From an uncultured Candidatus Saccharibacteria bacterium (lineage in GTDB: Bacteria; Patescibacteriota; Minisyncoccia; Phycocordibacterales; UBA9973), in contig CAZQUJ010000001.1 in NCBI GenBank assembly GCA_964596605.1, positions 1 to 51,100 on the forward strand: a stretch of DNA of 51,100 nucleotides, given 5' to 3'. The position numbers were made by a program, and so were the translations under genes. How positions within the stretch are numbered: position 1 is the stretch's first letter; each line of letters begins with the position of its first letter. This document shows, one piece after another, positions 33,883 through 43,355 of this stretch. Under the pieces are notes generated by a model that saw only the letters and a program-made list of their open reading frames with translations, ran no database searches and was not told the origin of the DNA.

Positions 33883-34674
33883 ATGAAAAAATACTTTTTG
33901 TTTCTATTCGCTTTAGCTTTTGTTTGTCCGTTTTCCTTTACCCACGCTGAGGTTTCTAATACTTTAACTTTTCTACCCGATGAGGTTTGGTATTCAGAGG
34001 AAAACTTAAAAGAAGGTCAGTCGGTTAATGTTTATGCTGGTCTTTGGAATGGAACAGATAATTTAGTTAAAACAAAAATTGAGTTTTATGACAAAAGTAC
34101 ACTTCTTGGATCTAGAGAAGTATCTATAGAGTCAAAGAAATTAAAAGAAGTTTCAATTTCTTGGAAGGTAACTGTTGGTGAGCACTCTATTTCAGCTAAA
34201 ATAACTTCACCTAAATCGGTCATAGATGGAGAGAATGAAAATCTTAAGGTTAAAGATAGCTCAACAAAAAGTGATAGATTAAACATTTCTGTTGTGGTTA
34301 GAAATGAAGAAGGGGAAGAAGTTAAAGCCACTGAAGCATTGGATGGCATAGTTGAGAAGGCAGGAGAAAAAGTTGATGAAATTTTAGATGAAGATGTTAA
34401 AGAAAAAATAAATGTTGGCCTTAGCGCTATAGAAGGATATCGATTAGAAAAAGGTGAACAGGTAAAAGAACTTGTAGAGGAAGCAGAAGAAAAAGTAGAG
34501 GAAATTAAATCTGAGGAAGGACAAGAAGGTTTAACGGGAGCTATGATAAAAATGTATTTTTGGAAAGTGATTAGTTTTGTTTTTGAAAATAAAACTGTTT
34601 TCTATATTGTCATAATTGTTCTAGCCTTTTGTGTTTTAAGGGCAATTTACCGAGCTTTTAGACATCGCACATAA
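33883..34674 (+). CDS. hypothetical secreted, C-terminally anchored protein (CARDB-like beta-sandwich plus acidic linker)
   Basis: A signal-peptide-like N-terminus, then a beta-rich segment (SVNVYAGLWNGTDNLVKTKIEFYDKSTLLGSREVSIESKKLKEVSISWKVTVGEHSISAKI), a Glu/Lys-rich region, and a C-terminal TM helix. Confidence 0.4.
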   Translation: MKKYFLFLFALAFVCPFSFTHAEVSNTLTFLPDEVWYSEENLKEGQSVNVYAGLWNGTDNLVKTKIEFYDKSTLLGSREVSIESKKLKEVSISWKVTVGEHSISAKITSPKSVIDGENENLKVKDSSTKSDRLNISVVVRNEEGEEVKATEALDGIVEKAGEKVDEILDEDVKEKINVGLSAIEGYRLEKGEQVKELVEEAEEKVEEIKSEEGQEGLTGAMIKMYFWKVISFVFENKTVFYIVIIVLAFCVLRAIYRAFRHRT

Positions 34675-34691
34675 AATGATATAATGGCTTT

Positions 34692-34961
34692 ATGCTGAAA
34701 AGGATATCATTTGATTTAGTTTTATTTATTTCTATATTTGTCTTACCTTGGTGGATAAATGTACCACTCTTGTTTATAGGCCTTTTTATTTTTAAAAATT
34801 TTTATGAATTTTTGTTTTTTTCTATTGTGATTTTTTCTGTTTATTCAGTTTCGGATGGCCGGTTGATTTCTAACAAGTATTTTTATACTATTTTGGTTTG
34901 CTTTATTTTTATAATCATAGAGCTTTTGAAAAAACAAATTATTTTTTACAGAAATAGATAA
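34692..34961 (+). CDS. small integral membrane protein (position upstream of PBP2 suggests an MreD-like role; unproven)
   Basis: 89 aa with three hydrophobic helices. Its stop overlaps the PBP2 start. Confidence 0.4.
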   Translation: MLKRISFDLVLFISIFVLPWWINVPLLFIGLFIFKNFYEFLFFSIVIFSVYSVSDGRLISNKYFYTILVCFIFIIIELLKKQIIFYRNR

Positions 34962-36661
34962 TGAGAAGAAAATTTAAATATAACAAAAAAATAAAAGATA
35001 TAGATCCGGATGAAATATTTTTGGATTCAGAAAACTTACCAAACTTTAATAAACAACAGTTTGAGGGACGATTAGAAAAAACAATCCCCAAAAGGTCAAT
35101 CTTTTTTTTGGGAGCTTTTTTCTTTTTGGTTTTATGTATTTTTGTTTGGAAGACGGTGGACTTGCAAATAGTTAATGGTGGAGAATATTTTGAGAAAAGT
35201 GAAAATAATACTTTAATGCAACAACCTATATTTGCTGACAGGGGGTTAATATATGATCGCAATGGAGTTCTTTTGGTTTGGAATAAATGGCAAGAGGAAG
35301 ACATTGATAAAATGTCATATCCGACTAGAGCCTACTTCGAAGAATCAGGTTTTTCTCATCTCTTAGGTTATACTAGTTCTCCGGCTAAAGATAATGCTGG
35401 TTTTTACTGGCAAGATCGCTTTATTGGAAGAGATGGGGTAGAAAGCTACTATGATGACAAATTAACTGGAAAGAATGGAGTAAAAATAAGTGAGACGAAT
35501 GCGGTCGGACAAATACAGTCAGAAAATATTGTTTTGTTACCAACTGAGGGCGAAGATTTAACACTCACTATAGATAGCAGGATTCAAAAAGAAATGTATA
35601 AAGCAATATCCGAGATGGCTAAGAACGTTGGATTTCAAGGAGGGGCTGGTTTGATAATGGATATTGAAAATGGTGAGTTGTTATCATTAGTTAGTTATCC
35701 AGAATACGACAGCAATGTATTATCTTTAGGTAAAGACAAGAAAAAAATAAATTCCTTTTTAGATGATAAAGGTAAGGTGTTTTTAAATAGATCAATTTCT
35801 GGGTTATACAGCCCAGGATCTATAGTTAAACCATTTTTGGCATATGGTGCCCTAGAAGAAGAAATTATTACTCCCGAAAAAACAATTTTAGCTAATGGTT
35901 TCATTTCAATACCTAATCCATATTACCCAGAGCTTAAATCTATTTTTAAAGACCATGGTTCTTTTGGTAATGTAGACATGCGTCAAGCTATTTCTATTTC
36001 TTCTGATATCTATTTCTATGAAATTGGCGGAGGTTTTGAAGATCAAAATGGATTAGGAATTTTAAATATTGATAAATACTCTAAATTATTTGGAATTGGA
36101 TTAAAAACAAATATAGATTTAAATGGAGAACAAGAAGGTCTCATACCTGACCCTGTTTGGAAAGCTAATGTTTTTAAGGGTGATCCATGGAGAATCGGAG
36201 ATACTTACAATACTTCCATTGGACAATATGGTTTTCAGGTTACTCCAATTCAAATGGTTAGAGCTGTTGGCACATTGGCAAACAAAGGAAAATTATTTTC
36301 TCCTCACATTTTAAGGAAAGAAGAAAATGTTTTACCAGAGCAAGAATTACTATTGGGTGAAGATAAAATTAAAGTTATTTTTGAAGGAATGAGGATGGCT
36401 GTAACAGAAGGGACTTGTTTAGCTTTAAATACTCCAAAAGTTGAAGTGGCAGCTAAATCTGGAACGGCTCAGGTGGGGGTGGGTAACACTAACACTAATT
36501 CTTGGGTAATAGGTTTTTTCCCATATCAAAAGCCTCGTTATGCTTTTGCTTTAGTTATGGAAAGGGGTCCAAAATCAGCTTCTGGTAATGCCACAAGGGT
36601 TATGAGAGAAGTTATAGACTACATGAAAGATTATACACCGGAATACTTTGACTTAAATTAA
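34961..36661 (+). CDS. mrdA: class B penicillin-binding protein 2 (elongation transpeptidase)
   Basis: An N-terminal TM helix, a PBP dimerisation region (IFADRGLIYDRNGVLL), and the transpeptidase motifs SPGSIVKP (SxxK), SSD (SxN-like) and KSGTAQ (KTG-like). Confidence 0.8.
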   Translation: MRRKFKYNKKIKDIDPDEIFLDSENLPNFNKQQFEGRLEKTIPKRSIFFLGAFFFLVLCIFVWKTVDLQIVNGGEYFEKSENNTLMQQPIFADRGLIYDRNGVLLVWNKWQEEDIDKMSYPTRAYFEESGFSHLLGYTSSPAKDNAGFYWQDRFIGRDGVESYYDDKLTGKNGVKISETNAVGQIQSENIVLLPTEGEDLTLTIDSRIQKEMYKAISEMAKNVGFQGGAGLIMDIENGELLSLVSYPEYDSNVLSLGKDKKKINSFLDDKGKVFLNRSISGLYSPGSIVKPFLAYGALEEEIITPEKTILANGFISIPNPYYPELKSIFKDHGSFGNVDMRQAISISSDIYFYEIGGGFEDQNGLGILNIDKYSKLFGIGLKTNIDLNGEQEGLIPDPVWKANVFKGDPWRIGDTYNTSIGQYGFQVTPIQMVRAVGTLANKGKLFSPHILRKEENVLPEQELLLGEDKIKVIFEGMRMAVTEGTCLALNTPKVEVAAKSGTAQVGVGNTNTNSWVIGFFPYQKPRYAFALVMERGPKSASGNATRVMREVIDYMKDYTPEYFDLN

Positions 36662-36685
36662 TAAATACGCTAATATGGACTGGCT

Positions 36686-37150
36686 ATGGAAGAAATAAAT
36701 TACATGACAGAGGGTAAGAAAAAAGAGCTTCAGGGAGAGCTTGATTACCTAAAAACATTTAAAAGAAAGGAGAATGCAGAAGCTATAGAGGCAGCTAAGG
36801 CTCTTGGTGATTTATCTGAGAATGCTGAATATCATGAAGCTAGAGATGAACAAGGGAGAACAGAGAGTCGTATTATGGAAATAGAAGAACTGTTAAAAAC
36901 TGCTGTTATTGTTAAAAAGCATTCAAGTTCACAAGTTGAAGTTGGAACTTCAGTTAAGGTTAAAAAGGGAGAAGAAAAAGATGAGATTATATATCATATA
37001 GTCGGAGCCCAAGAATCAAATATGGCTGAAAATAAAATATCATATAAATCTCCACTTGGTCAGGCATTAATGGGAAAGAAAAAAGGAGAAGAATTTAGCA
37101 TAAAAACACCTAAGGGACTAGTCAAATACGCTCTCGTTGATATACAATAG
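36686..37150 (+). CDS. greA: transcription elongation factor GreA
   Basis: The N-terminal coiled coil has AKALGDLSENAEYHEARDEQ (acidic-tip motif). The C-terminal FKBP-like domain has ISYKSPLGQALMGKKKGEEF. Confidence 0.9.
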   Translation: MEEINYMTEGKKKELQGELDYLKTFKRKENAEAIEAAKALGDLSENAEYHEARDEQGRTESRIMEIEELLKTAVIVKKHSSSQVEVGTSVKVKKGEEKDEIIYHIVGAQESNMAENKISYKSPLGQALMGKKKGEEFSIKTPKGLVKYALVDIQ

Positions 37151-37154
37151 AGTC

Positions 37155-38645
37155 ATGGCATCACTTGAAGAATTACGCAATGTGCGTCTAAATAAAATAG
37201 AATTACTCAAAGAAGCTGGAATGGATGCTTATCCTGTTTCAGTTCCTTTTGATAGTTCTATCAAAGAAATTAAAAATAATTTTAATGAGTTAAAAGAAGA
37301 TTTAAATGAGAAAAGTATTTCAACTTCTGGAAGGGTTTTGGTTGTAAGGGGACAGGGTTCAATACTTTTCGTTGTCTTGCAATCTGGTGGTAGTCGTTTG
37401 CAAGCTGTTTTAAAGAAAGGTGAAATAGAAGATAGTTTGTTTGATCTGTTTAATAACACAGTAGACAGTGGAGATTACATTTCTGTTTCTGGTCCACTCT
37501 TTGTAACAACTCGGGGAGAACAAAGTATTTTGATTAAAAAATGGGTAATGGCATCCAAATCTCTTTTACCGCTACCAGATAAGTGGGCAGGTATTCAAGA
37601 TCAAGAAGAAATTAATCGTAAAAAATATTTAGATATTTTAATGAATGAAGAATCATATAAAAGATTCGAAGTTCGATCTAAGGTTATCCAAGCTATTCGT
37701 AGATTTTTTGACGACAAGGGTTTTATGGAAATAGAAACTCCTATTTTGCAAAACCAAGCTGGCGGAGCTATGGCTAGAGTTTTTGAAACCCATCACAATG
37801 ATTATGATATGCCAATGGTTCTAAGAATTGCTTTGGAATTGGATCATAAAAAAATCATGGTTGGAGGGTACGAAAGGGTTTATGAGATAGGAAAGACTTT
37901 CAGAAATGAAGGTTCAGATCCAACCCATCTTCAAGAATTTACAATGATAGAATGGTATGCTGCATATCAAACCTTAGAAACCAATATGCTTTGGACCGAA
38001 GAGCTTATTAGATCTTTGGCAGTTGATGTAATTGGTAAAACAACTTTTACCGTTTACGACAAAGAAGGTAATGGAACTCAAGTTGATTTTAGTGGAGATT
38101 GGACAAGAGTAACTTTTGCTAGTTTGCTCAAAGAAAATGCAGGGGTAGATATAAAAACAATTAGTTTAGAGGAAGCTAGAAATGAAGCAATAAAGTGGGG
38201 TATGGAAAAAGAAGAAGCAGAAAAGGCTGGTAGGGGAAACTTGCTAGATTTTATTTATAAAAAATCTTCTCGTCATAAAATAATAAACCCAACATTTGTT
38301 ATAGATTTCCCTGGAGAGTTAAAACCTTTGGCTCAACAAAATAAAGAAGATGGAACAGCTAAGGTAGCTCAGTTGCTTATCGGTGGTGCTGAAATAACTA
38401 ATCAATATGCAGAGCTGGTAAATCCTATAACCCAAAGAGATCTTTTGGTGGCTCAAGCTAAAGCTAAAGAAAGTGGAGATGAAGAGGCTATGGATATAGA
38501 TGAGGAGTTTTTGACAGCTATGGAGCATGGTATGCCACCTATGACAGGATTTGGTATGGGAATTGATAGATTAGTTGCTATTTTAACTGATCAAAAGAAC
38601 CTAAGGGATGTAATTTTCTTCCCAATAATGCATCCGAGAGAGTAA
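37155..38645 (+). CDS. lysS: lysyl-tRNA synthetase, class II
   Basis: An OB-fold N-domain (GRVLVVRGQGSILFVVLQ), motif 2 FRNEGSDPTHLQEFTMIEWY, and motif 3 GFGMGIDRLVAILT. I take ATG 37155 (MASLEEL) as the start. Confidence 0.92.
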   Translation: MASLEELRNVRLNKIELLKEAGMDAYPVSVPFDSSIKEIKNNFNELKEDLNEKSISTSGRVLVVRGQGSILFVVLQSGGSRLQAVLKKGEIEDSLFDLFNNTVDSGDYISVSGPLFVTTRGEQSILIKKWVMASKSLLPLPDKWAGIQDQEEINRKKYLDILMNEESYKRFEVRSKVIQAIRRFFDDKGFMEIETPILQNQAGGAMARVFETHHNDYDMPMVLRIALELDHKKIMVGGYERVYEIGKTFRNEGSDPTHLQEFTMIEWYAAYQTLETNMLWTEELIRSLAVDVIGKTTFTVYDKEGNGTQVDFSGDWTRVTFASLLKENAGVDIKTISLEEARNEAIKWGMEKEEAEKAGRGNLLDFIYKKSSRHKIINPTFVIDFPGELKPLAQQNKEDGTAKVAQLLIGGAEITNQYAELVNPITQRDLLVAQAKAKESGDEEAMDIDEEFLTAMEHGMPPMTGFGMGIDRLVAILTDQKNLRDVIFFPIMHPRE

Positions 38646-38697
38646 AATTTAACGCAAAAGTTTTAGTCTGACTATTGATTGTCTTTTCAGTATTTAA

Positions 38698-38706
38698 TGT
38701 TATAAT
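38698..38706 (+). promoter_or_regulatory. extended -10 promoter candidate (TGtTATAAT) for the Panacea module
   Basis: tgttataat ends 2, 8 and 14 nt before the three in-frame ATGs at 38709, 38715 and 38721. This suggests a leaderless or very short-leader transcript. Confidence 0.4.
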
Positions 38707-38708
38707 AA

Positions 38709-39323
38709 ATGTATATGAAAATGTTGCTTGAGTTTGATTACAAAAAAGCTACACAGGCGATAAATTATCTCGCAAAAAAAGAAGGTGGAACGATAGATAA
38801 ACTTAAACTTATAAAGTTGGTTTATTTTGCAGATAGGTATCACCTAAGACGTTATGGTCGTCCTGTTATAAACGATGCTTATTTTGCTATGCAACTTGGC
38901 CCAGTTGGATCATCAGTAAAAGATATTGCGGAATTTTCTGATTTTTTGGATGACAGTGAACGTGAATATGCTACTAATTTTATTGGTCGTGGTGGAGATG
39001 CAAATACAGTAGTATCGATTGCAGAGGTTGATAATAAAATCTTTTCTGAAAGTGAAATTGAGGCGCTTGATTTTTCTTATAAAGAATTTGGTGAAAACGA
39101 TGCTTTAGAATTAGTAAATATTACTCATCGTTACCCAGAATGGAAAAAATTTAAGAATGCCCTAGATTCAAAAGAAACAACTCGTGAAGCTATGTCATAT
39201 AAGGATTTTTTTGATAATCCTAGTAATAATGTAAAAGATAAGTTTTCAATAGATCAAAATATTCTTTCTGCTTCAAAAGAATTGTTTGAAGATAATTATA
39301 AGATTGCTGAATATTGGAAGTAA
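38709..39323 (+). CDS. Panacea (DUF4065/SocA-like) domain protein, putative antitoxin
   Basis: ATQAINYLAKKEGGTIDKLKLIKLVYFADRYHLRRYGRPVINDAYFAMQLGPVGSSV matches the DUF4065 core pattern (KLxKLxYFA...HL...G.P......Y.A...GPV). The real start may be ATG 38715 or 38721. Confidence 0.7.
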   Translation: MYMKMLLEFDYKKATQAINYLAKKEGGTIDKLKLIKLVYFADRYHLRRYGRPVINDAYFAMQLGPVGSSVKDIAEFSDFLDDSEREYATNFIGRGGDANTVVSIAEVDNKIFSESEIEALDFSYKEFGENDALELVNITHRYPEWKKFKNALDSKETTREAMSYKDFFDNPSNNVKDKFSIDQNILSASKELFEDNYKIAEYWK

Positions 39324-39336
39324 TCATGTTTGTTTT

Positions 39337-39777
39337 ATGAATATTTCTGCACAAATTCGGATATTGGCTGGAATACGAACAGGATCTGTCTATTATTTTA
39401 TAGAAGAAAAACTTTCTTCTGAAAAACCTCATTATTTTATAGTATTAAATAGAAGCCCTAGAATAAAAAATATTCTTGTTTTAGTTTGTGCCTCTTCTCA
39501 AACTAAGAAAAGGCAAGAAATAGCAAAAAAATTAGGATTTTCTGATGATACTTTAGTTCTAATATCTCCATCTGAATATTCTCTATTTAGTAAAAATACT
39601 GTAGTTGATTGTAATAGTGTTTTTGAAAAGACGGCCCAATCACTTATTGATAAGCTTGAAGCTTGTAAATTGGGGGTTTGTACAGAAATAATGCCCGCAG
39701 AAATTGTTGAAAAATTGATTAGGGGAGTTAAAGCAAGTACTCAAGTTTCTGAAGAAGTTAAAGAAATACTTAAATAG
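39337..39777 (+). CDS. hypothetical protein, candidate toxin partner of the Panacea protein (remote MazF/PemK-like pattern)
   Basis: 146 aa from ATG 39337, 13 nt after the Panacea stop. GSVYYFIEE..KPHYFIVLN...LVLVCASSQ...SKNTVVDCNSVFE resembles the MazF/PemK layout (GDIxxVxF...KxRPxVVxS...VIVxPxTS...xSxVxxxQIRTID). The similarity is weak. Confidence 0.4.
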   Translation: MNISAQIRILAGIRTGSVYYFIEEKLSSEKPHYFIVLNRSPRIKNILVLVCASSQTKKRQEIAKKLGFSDDTLVLISPSEYSLFSKNTVVDCNSVFEKTAQSLIDKLEACKLGVCTEIMPAEIVEKLIRGVKASTQVSEEVKEILK

Positions 39778-39812
39778 TAGCATCATTTCTTTGTTTAAAA
39801 ATATAATTCTAC

Positions 39813-39835
39813 AGGACCACAAGTGGTCCTTTTTA
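39813..39835 (+). terminator. intrinsic terminator after the Panacea two-gene module
   Basis: aggacca-caag-tggtcct followed by ttttt. Confidence 0.7.
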
Positions 39836-39852
39836 GTTATCCACAGATTTGG

Positions 39853-39919
39853 GTGGGATAAACCATTTGTTTTGTGGGGCAAAGTGGTCTATAATATTAA
39901 TTAAGTGGGATGTAGTGGG
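39853..39919 (+). promoter_or_regulatory. dcw-cluster promoter with an array of direct GTGG(G/T) repeats (candidate MraZ operator)
   Basis: GTGGG at 39853, 39874, 39905 and 39915, and GTGGT at 39884. The spacings are 21, 10, 21 and 10 nt. TATAAT at 39890-39895 sits inside the array, 55 nt upstream of mraZ. Confidence 0.55.
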
Positions 39920-39950
39920 AGATAAAAAAACATCTTACTTTTATTAAATT

Positions 39951-40385
39951 ATGCTAATAGGAGAATATATACATACATTAGATGACAAGAATAGAATTTC
40001 TTTACCTATTAAGTTCAGGAAAGAAATGGGGAAGAGTATTGTTGTTGCTCCTGGTCTAGATAATTGTCTTTCTTTGTATACAACAAAAGAATGGCAGAAA
40101 ATTTCAAATAAATTATCTGACTCATCAATGTTAGCTAGTGATAACAGAAGTTTTTCAAGATTTATGTTTGGTCAAGCTGTGGTGGTAGATGTTGATGGAA
40201 ACGGCCGAATACTAATCCCGGAAAATTTAAAGAATCGTTCAAGCCTTTCAACCAAGGTGGTTGTTATCGGTGTTCAAAACAGAGTAGAAATTTGGAATGA
40301 AAGTTCTTGGATTGAATACAAGAAGAAAGTAGAAACACAGGCAGATGCCCTCGCAGATAAATTAGGGCAGGGTGGTGTTCTTTAA
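39951..40385 (+). CDS. mraZ: transcriptional regulator MraZ
   Basis: MLIGEYIHTLDDKNRISLPIKFR and a second DGNGRILIP repeat (duplicated SpoVT/AbrB-like DxxxR motifs). It is the first gene of the dcw cluster. Confidence 0.9.
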   Translation: MLIGEYIHTLDDKNRISLPIKFRKEMGKSIVVAPGLDNCLSLYTTKEWQKISNKLSDSSMLASDNRSFSRFMFGQAVVVDVDGNGRILIPENLKNRSSLSTKVVVIGVQNRVEIWNESSWIEYKKKVETQADALADKLGQGGVL

Positions 40386-40386
40386 T

Positions 40387-41277
40387 ATGAGACATATTTC
40401 TGTATTGCTTAAAGAAACAGTTGATGGAATTAACATCAAAGCTGGCGATATCATTGTTGATGGAACATTGGGTGGCGGAGGTCATTCCTTAGAGATTATA
40501 AAAAGATTTAATTCTAAGGTTAAAATAATTGGTTTTGATTTAGACATAGATGCCATAGACAGAGTTAAAAATCTAACCAAAGAGGCTGACATTGTTTTTG
40601 TTAACAACGGTTTTGAAAAGATAGATCAAGAACTTGAACATTTGAAGATAGATAAGATAGATGGTTTAATTCTTGATTTAGGCTTCAGTTCTTTTCAATT
40701 AGAAGAAGGCGGAAGAGGTTTCTCTTTTCTAAGAGATGAACCACTTTTAATGACATTGAAAAAGGATATAACTGAAAATGACTTAACAGCCAGAGAGATA
40801 GTCAATGAGTGGTCAGAGGAAAGTTTGGCAGACATTATTTATGGTTTCGGAGAGGAAAGATACGCTAGAAAGATTGCAAGAGCTATAGTTCTTACCAGAC
40901 AAGATAAAAAGATTAGTACTACATTTGATTTAGTTTCGATTTTGGAAAAAACAGTTGGTCGTTTCTATAGAGGGAAGAAAATCCATTTTGCCACTAAAAC
41001 TTTTCAAGCTCTTAGAATTGCTACCAATAGAGAATTGGAAAACTTAGATGAAGTGATAGAAAAAGGTTTCCATTGTTTAAGTAAAGGTGGACGAATCGCA
41101 ATCATAACATTTCATAGTTTAGAAGATCGTTTAGTTAAGAGAAAGTTTAAAGATTTAGTAGAACAGGGGCAAGCAGAATTAGTCAATAAAAAACCAATTA
41201 TACCAAATGAATTAGAAACAGAGGAAAACCCTCGTTCTCGAAGTGCAAAATTAAGATTAATAGAAAAAATAATTTAA
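40387..41277 (+). CDS. rsmH: 16S rRNA (cytosine1402-N4)-methyltransferase RsmH
   Basis: HISVLLKETVDGINIKAGDIIVDGTLGGGGHS, DLGFSSFQLEE..RGFSF, FHSLEDRLVK and NPRSRSAKLR. I take ATG 40387 as the start. Confidence 0.92.
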   Translation: MRHISVLLKETVDGINIKAGDIIVDGTLGGGGHSLEIIKRFNSKVKIIGFDLDIDAIDRVKNLTKEADIVFVNNGFEKIDQELEHLKIDKIDGLILDLGFSSFQLEEGGRGFSFLRDEPLLMTLKKDITENDLTAREIVNEWSEESLADIIYGFGEERYARKIARAIVLTRQDKKISTTFDLVSILEKTVGRFYRGKKIHFATKTFQALRIATNRELENLDEVIEKGFHCLSKGGRIAIITFHSLEDRLVKRKFKDLVEQGQAELVNKKPIIPNELETEENPRSRSAKLRLIEKII

Positions 41278-41282
41278 ATAAT

Positions 41283-41606
41283 ATGATAAAAGCAATATCC
41301 ATAACTAAAGATTTTAAAAAAGACCAAGAATTAAGAAGGACAATATTTAGAATGTTGTTAGTTGTTTTGGCTGTTTTTTCTATTTCTTATTTCTATCTAA
41401 TAGGTTCAATTACTTGCAATATAGTTGAGAGAAGATCTTTTGAAAATAAAATTACTAGCTTGAATAGTCAAGTTAATGAGTTAGATTTAATCTACCTTCA
41501 TATGATTAAAAATTTAGATAAAGAGTATGCCATGTCTAATGGCTTTACTGATAATGATCAAAATCTTTTTGTTTCTAGGGACATTAATCATGTGGCGGTT
41601 AGATAA
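41283..41606 (+). CDS. FtsL-like cell-division membrane protein
   Basis: 107 aa with a single TM helix followed by a short coiled coil. It lies between rsmH and the division PBP, as ftsL usually does. Confidence 0.45.
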   Translation: MIKAISITKDFKKDQELRRTIFRMLLVVLAVFSISYFYLIGSITCNIVERRSFENKITSLNSQVNELDLIYLHMIKNLDKEYAMSNGFTDNDQNLFVSRDINHVAVR

Positions 41607-43318
41607 TGAGGGTTTTAAATTTTAAAACAAGAATAAGAATAATAATAGCTATATTTCTTTTGGTAGCAGTTGTTTTGTTGGTTAATCTTTTTAATCTCCA
41701 GGTTATAAATGGTGAAGCTTATCTTAAAGAAGTAAATAGTCAACATATTTCTAGTTCCAGCGATGTCTTTAGTCGTGGTTCTATTTTTTTCTCTGATAAA
41801 GATGGTAGCCTAGTTTCTGCAGCAACAGTAACTTCGGGTTTTAAGGTCTCTGTAAGGCCAGATGATTTAGAAGAAGATGGGGAAGATCTTTTTGAAAAAT
41901 TAAGTTCATATTTAAATATAGATCGTGACACTTTTCTCATTAGGGTTAACAAAAAAGGAGATCCGTATGAAGAGATTGCTAGTAAATTAACCAGGGAACA
42001 AGTAGATGAAATTGAAACTTTAGGTATTAAAGGACTTTCAATTCATAAAGATAATTGGCGAAGTTATCCAAGTGCTGATGTGGCATCACATTCTATAGGT
42101 TTTTTAGCTTATCAAGAAAATGAATTAAAAGGAAGATATGGATTAGAACGATTTTATGATTCTGTTTTAGCTAGACCACAAGATGAGCCATATGTTAATT
42201 TTTTTGCTGAAGCATTTTCTAATATCAAAAAAGGTAAATCAGATCAGAGTCGTGGAGATGTCGTAACTACCTTAGAGCCAGTTGTTGCATATACTTTTGA
42301 AACTGAATTATCTAATGTGGTTAATAAATGGAAAGCTGATCAAGCTGGAGGAATAATAATTAATCCACAAAATGGTGAGATATATGCCATGGCTGGTTTT
42401 CCTAATTTTGATTTAAATAATTTTAGGAATGTCTCTGATCCAGATATATTTAGAAATCCTTTAGTTGAAAACGTTTTTGAAATGGGCTCGGTTATAAAGC
42501 CACTAGTTATGGCTAGTGCTATTGATGCTGGTGCTGTTACTCCAGAAACTAGCTATTACGATAGTGGGTCTATTACAGTTGATAAAAAGGTTATAAGCAA
42601 TTTTGATAAAAAGGGAAGAGGACAAGTTACCATGCAAGATGTTTTAAATCAATCTTTAAACACAGGTATGGTTTTTGCTGAAAGCAAATTAGGGCATGAA
42701 AAATTTAGGGAATATGTAAAGGCTTTTGGTCTAGGAGAAAAAACAGGTATAGATTTACCAAACGAAACATCGGGGTTAATGAAGAATTTATTAACCAGTC
42801 CTCGTGATATTGAATATGCCAATGCTTCTTTTGGACAAGGAATAGCCCTTACTCCCATTGGGGCAGTTAGAAGCTTTAGTGCTCTAGCCAATGGTGGTAA
42901 TTTAATAACGCCCCATTTAATGAAAGAAATAAAATATAATAATGGATTAAGTGAAAAAAATGATACTGGTTTTTCTAGACAAAATGTTTTAAAACCTGAA
43001 ACGGTAGAGACCATAACCAAAATGTTGGTTAAGGTTTTTGATAACTATGATAGTGGAGCTCACAAGTTTGAACACTATAGTATAGCAGCTAAAACTGGAA
43101 CCGCTCAGATCGCAAGAGAAAGTGGAGGAGGGTATTATGATGATAGAAACATGCACTCATTCTTTGGTTATTTCCCAGCATATGAACCTAAGTTTTTAGT
43201 TTTTCTTTATATAAAAAATCCTAAGGGGATAAAGTATGCTTCGCAAACTTTAATTCCTTCTTTTGTAAATATCACTAAGTTTCTTTTAAACTACTATAAT
43301 GTTCCTCCTGATAGATAA
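41606..43318 (+). CDS. ftsI: class B penicillin-binding protein (FtsI/PBP3-like division transpeptidase)
   Basis: An N-terminal TM helix, a dimerisation domain, and the transpeptidase motifs GSVIKP (SxxK), SLN (SxN) and KTGTAQ (KTG). It sits in dcw context. Confidence 0.8.
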   Translation: MRVLNFKTRIRIIIAIFLLVAVVLLVNLFNLQVINGEAYLKEVNSQHISSSSDVFSRGSIFFSDKDGSLVSAATVTSGFKVSVRPDDLEEDGEDLFEKLSSYLNIDRDTFLIRVNKKGDPYEEIASKLTREQVDEIETLGIKGLSIHKDNWRSYPSADVASHSIGFLAYQENELKGRYGLERFYDSVLARPQDEPYVNFFAEAFSNIKKGKSDQSRGDVVTTLEPVVAYTFETELSNVVNKWKADQAGGIIINPQNGEIYAMAGFPNFDLNNFRNVSDPDIFRNPLVENVFEMGSVIKPLVMASAIDAGAVTPETSYYDSGSITVDKKVISNFDKKGRGQVTMQDVLNQSLNTGMVFAESKLGHEKFREYVKAFGLGEKTGIDLPNETSGLMKNLLTSPRDIEYANASFGQGIALTPIGAVRSFSALANGGNLITPHLMKEIKYNNGLSEKNDTGFSRQNVLKPETVETITKMLVKVFDNYDSGAHKFEHYSIAAKTGTAQIARESGGGYYDDRNMHSFFGYFPAYEPKFLVFLYIKNPKGIKYASQTLIPSFVNITKFLLNYYNVPPDR

Positions 43319-43355
43319 AATATGTGTTAAAATACGAAGGAGGTGACTAGTTAAG

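Noticed and set aside
34939-35304. 121-aa minus-strand ORF overlapping the start of the PBP2 gene
   Set aside because: It is antisense to two well-supported + strand genes and is low-complexity and Lys/Ser-rich.
42649-43020. 123-aa minus-strand ORF inside the ftsI-like gene
   Set aside because: It is antisense to the transpeptidase domain, which carries the SxN and KTG motifs. It is a shadow ORF.
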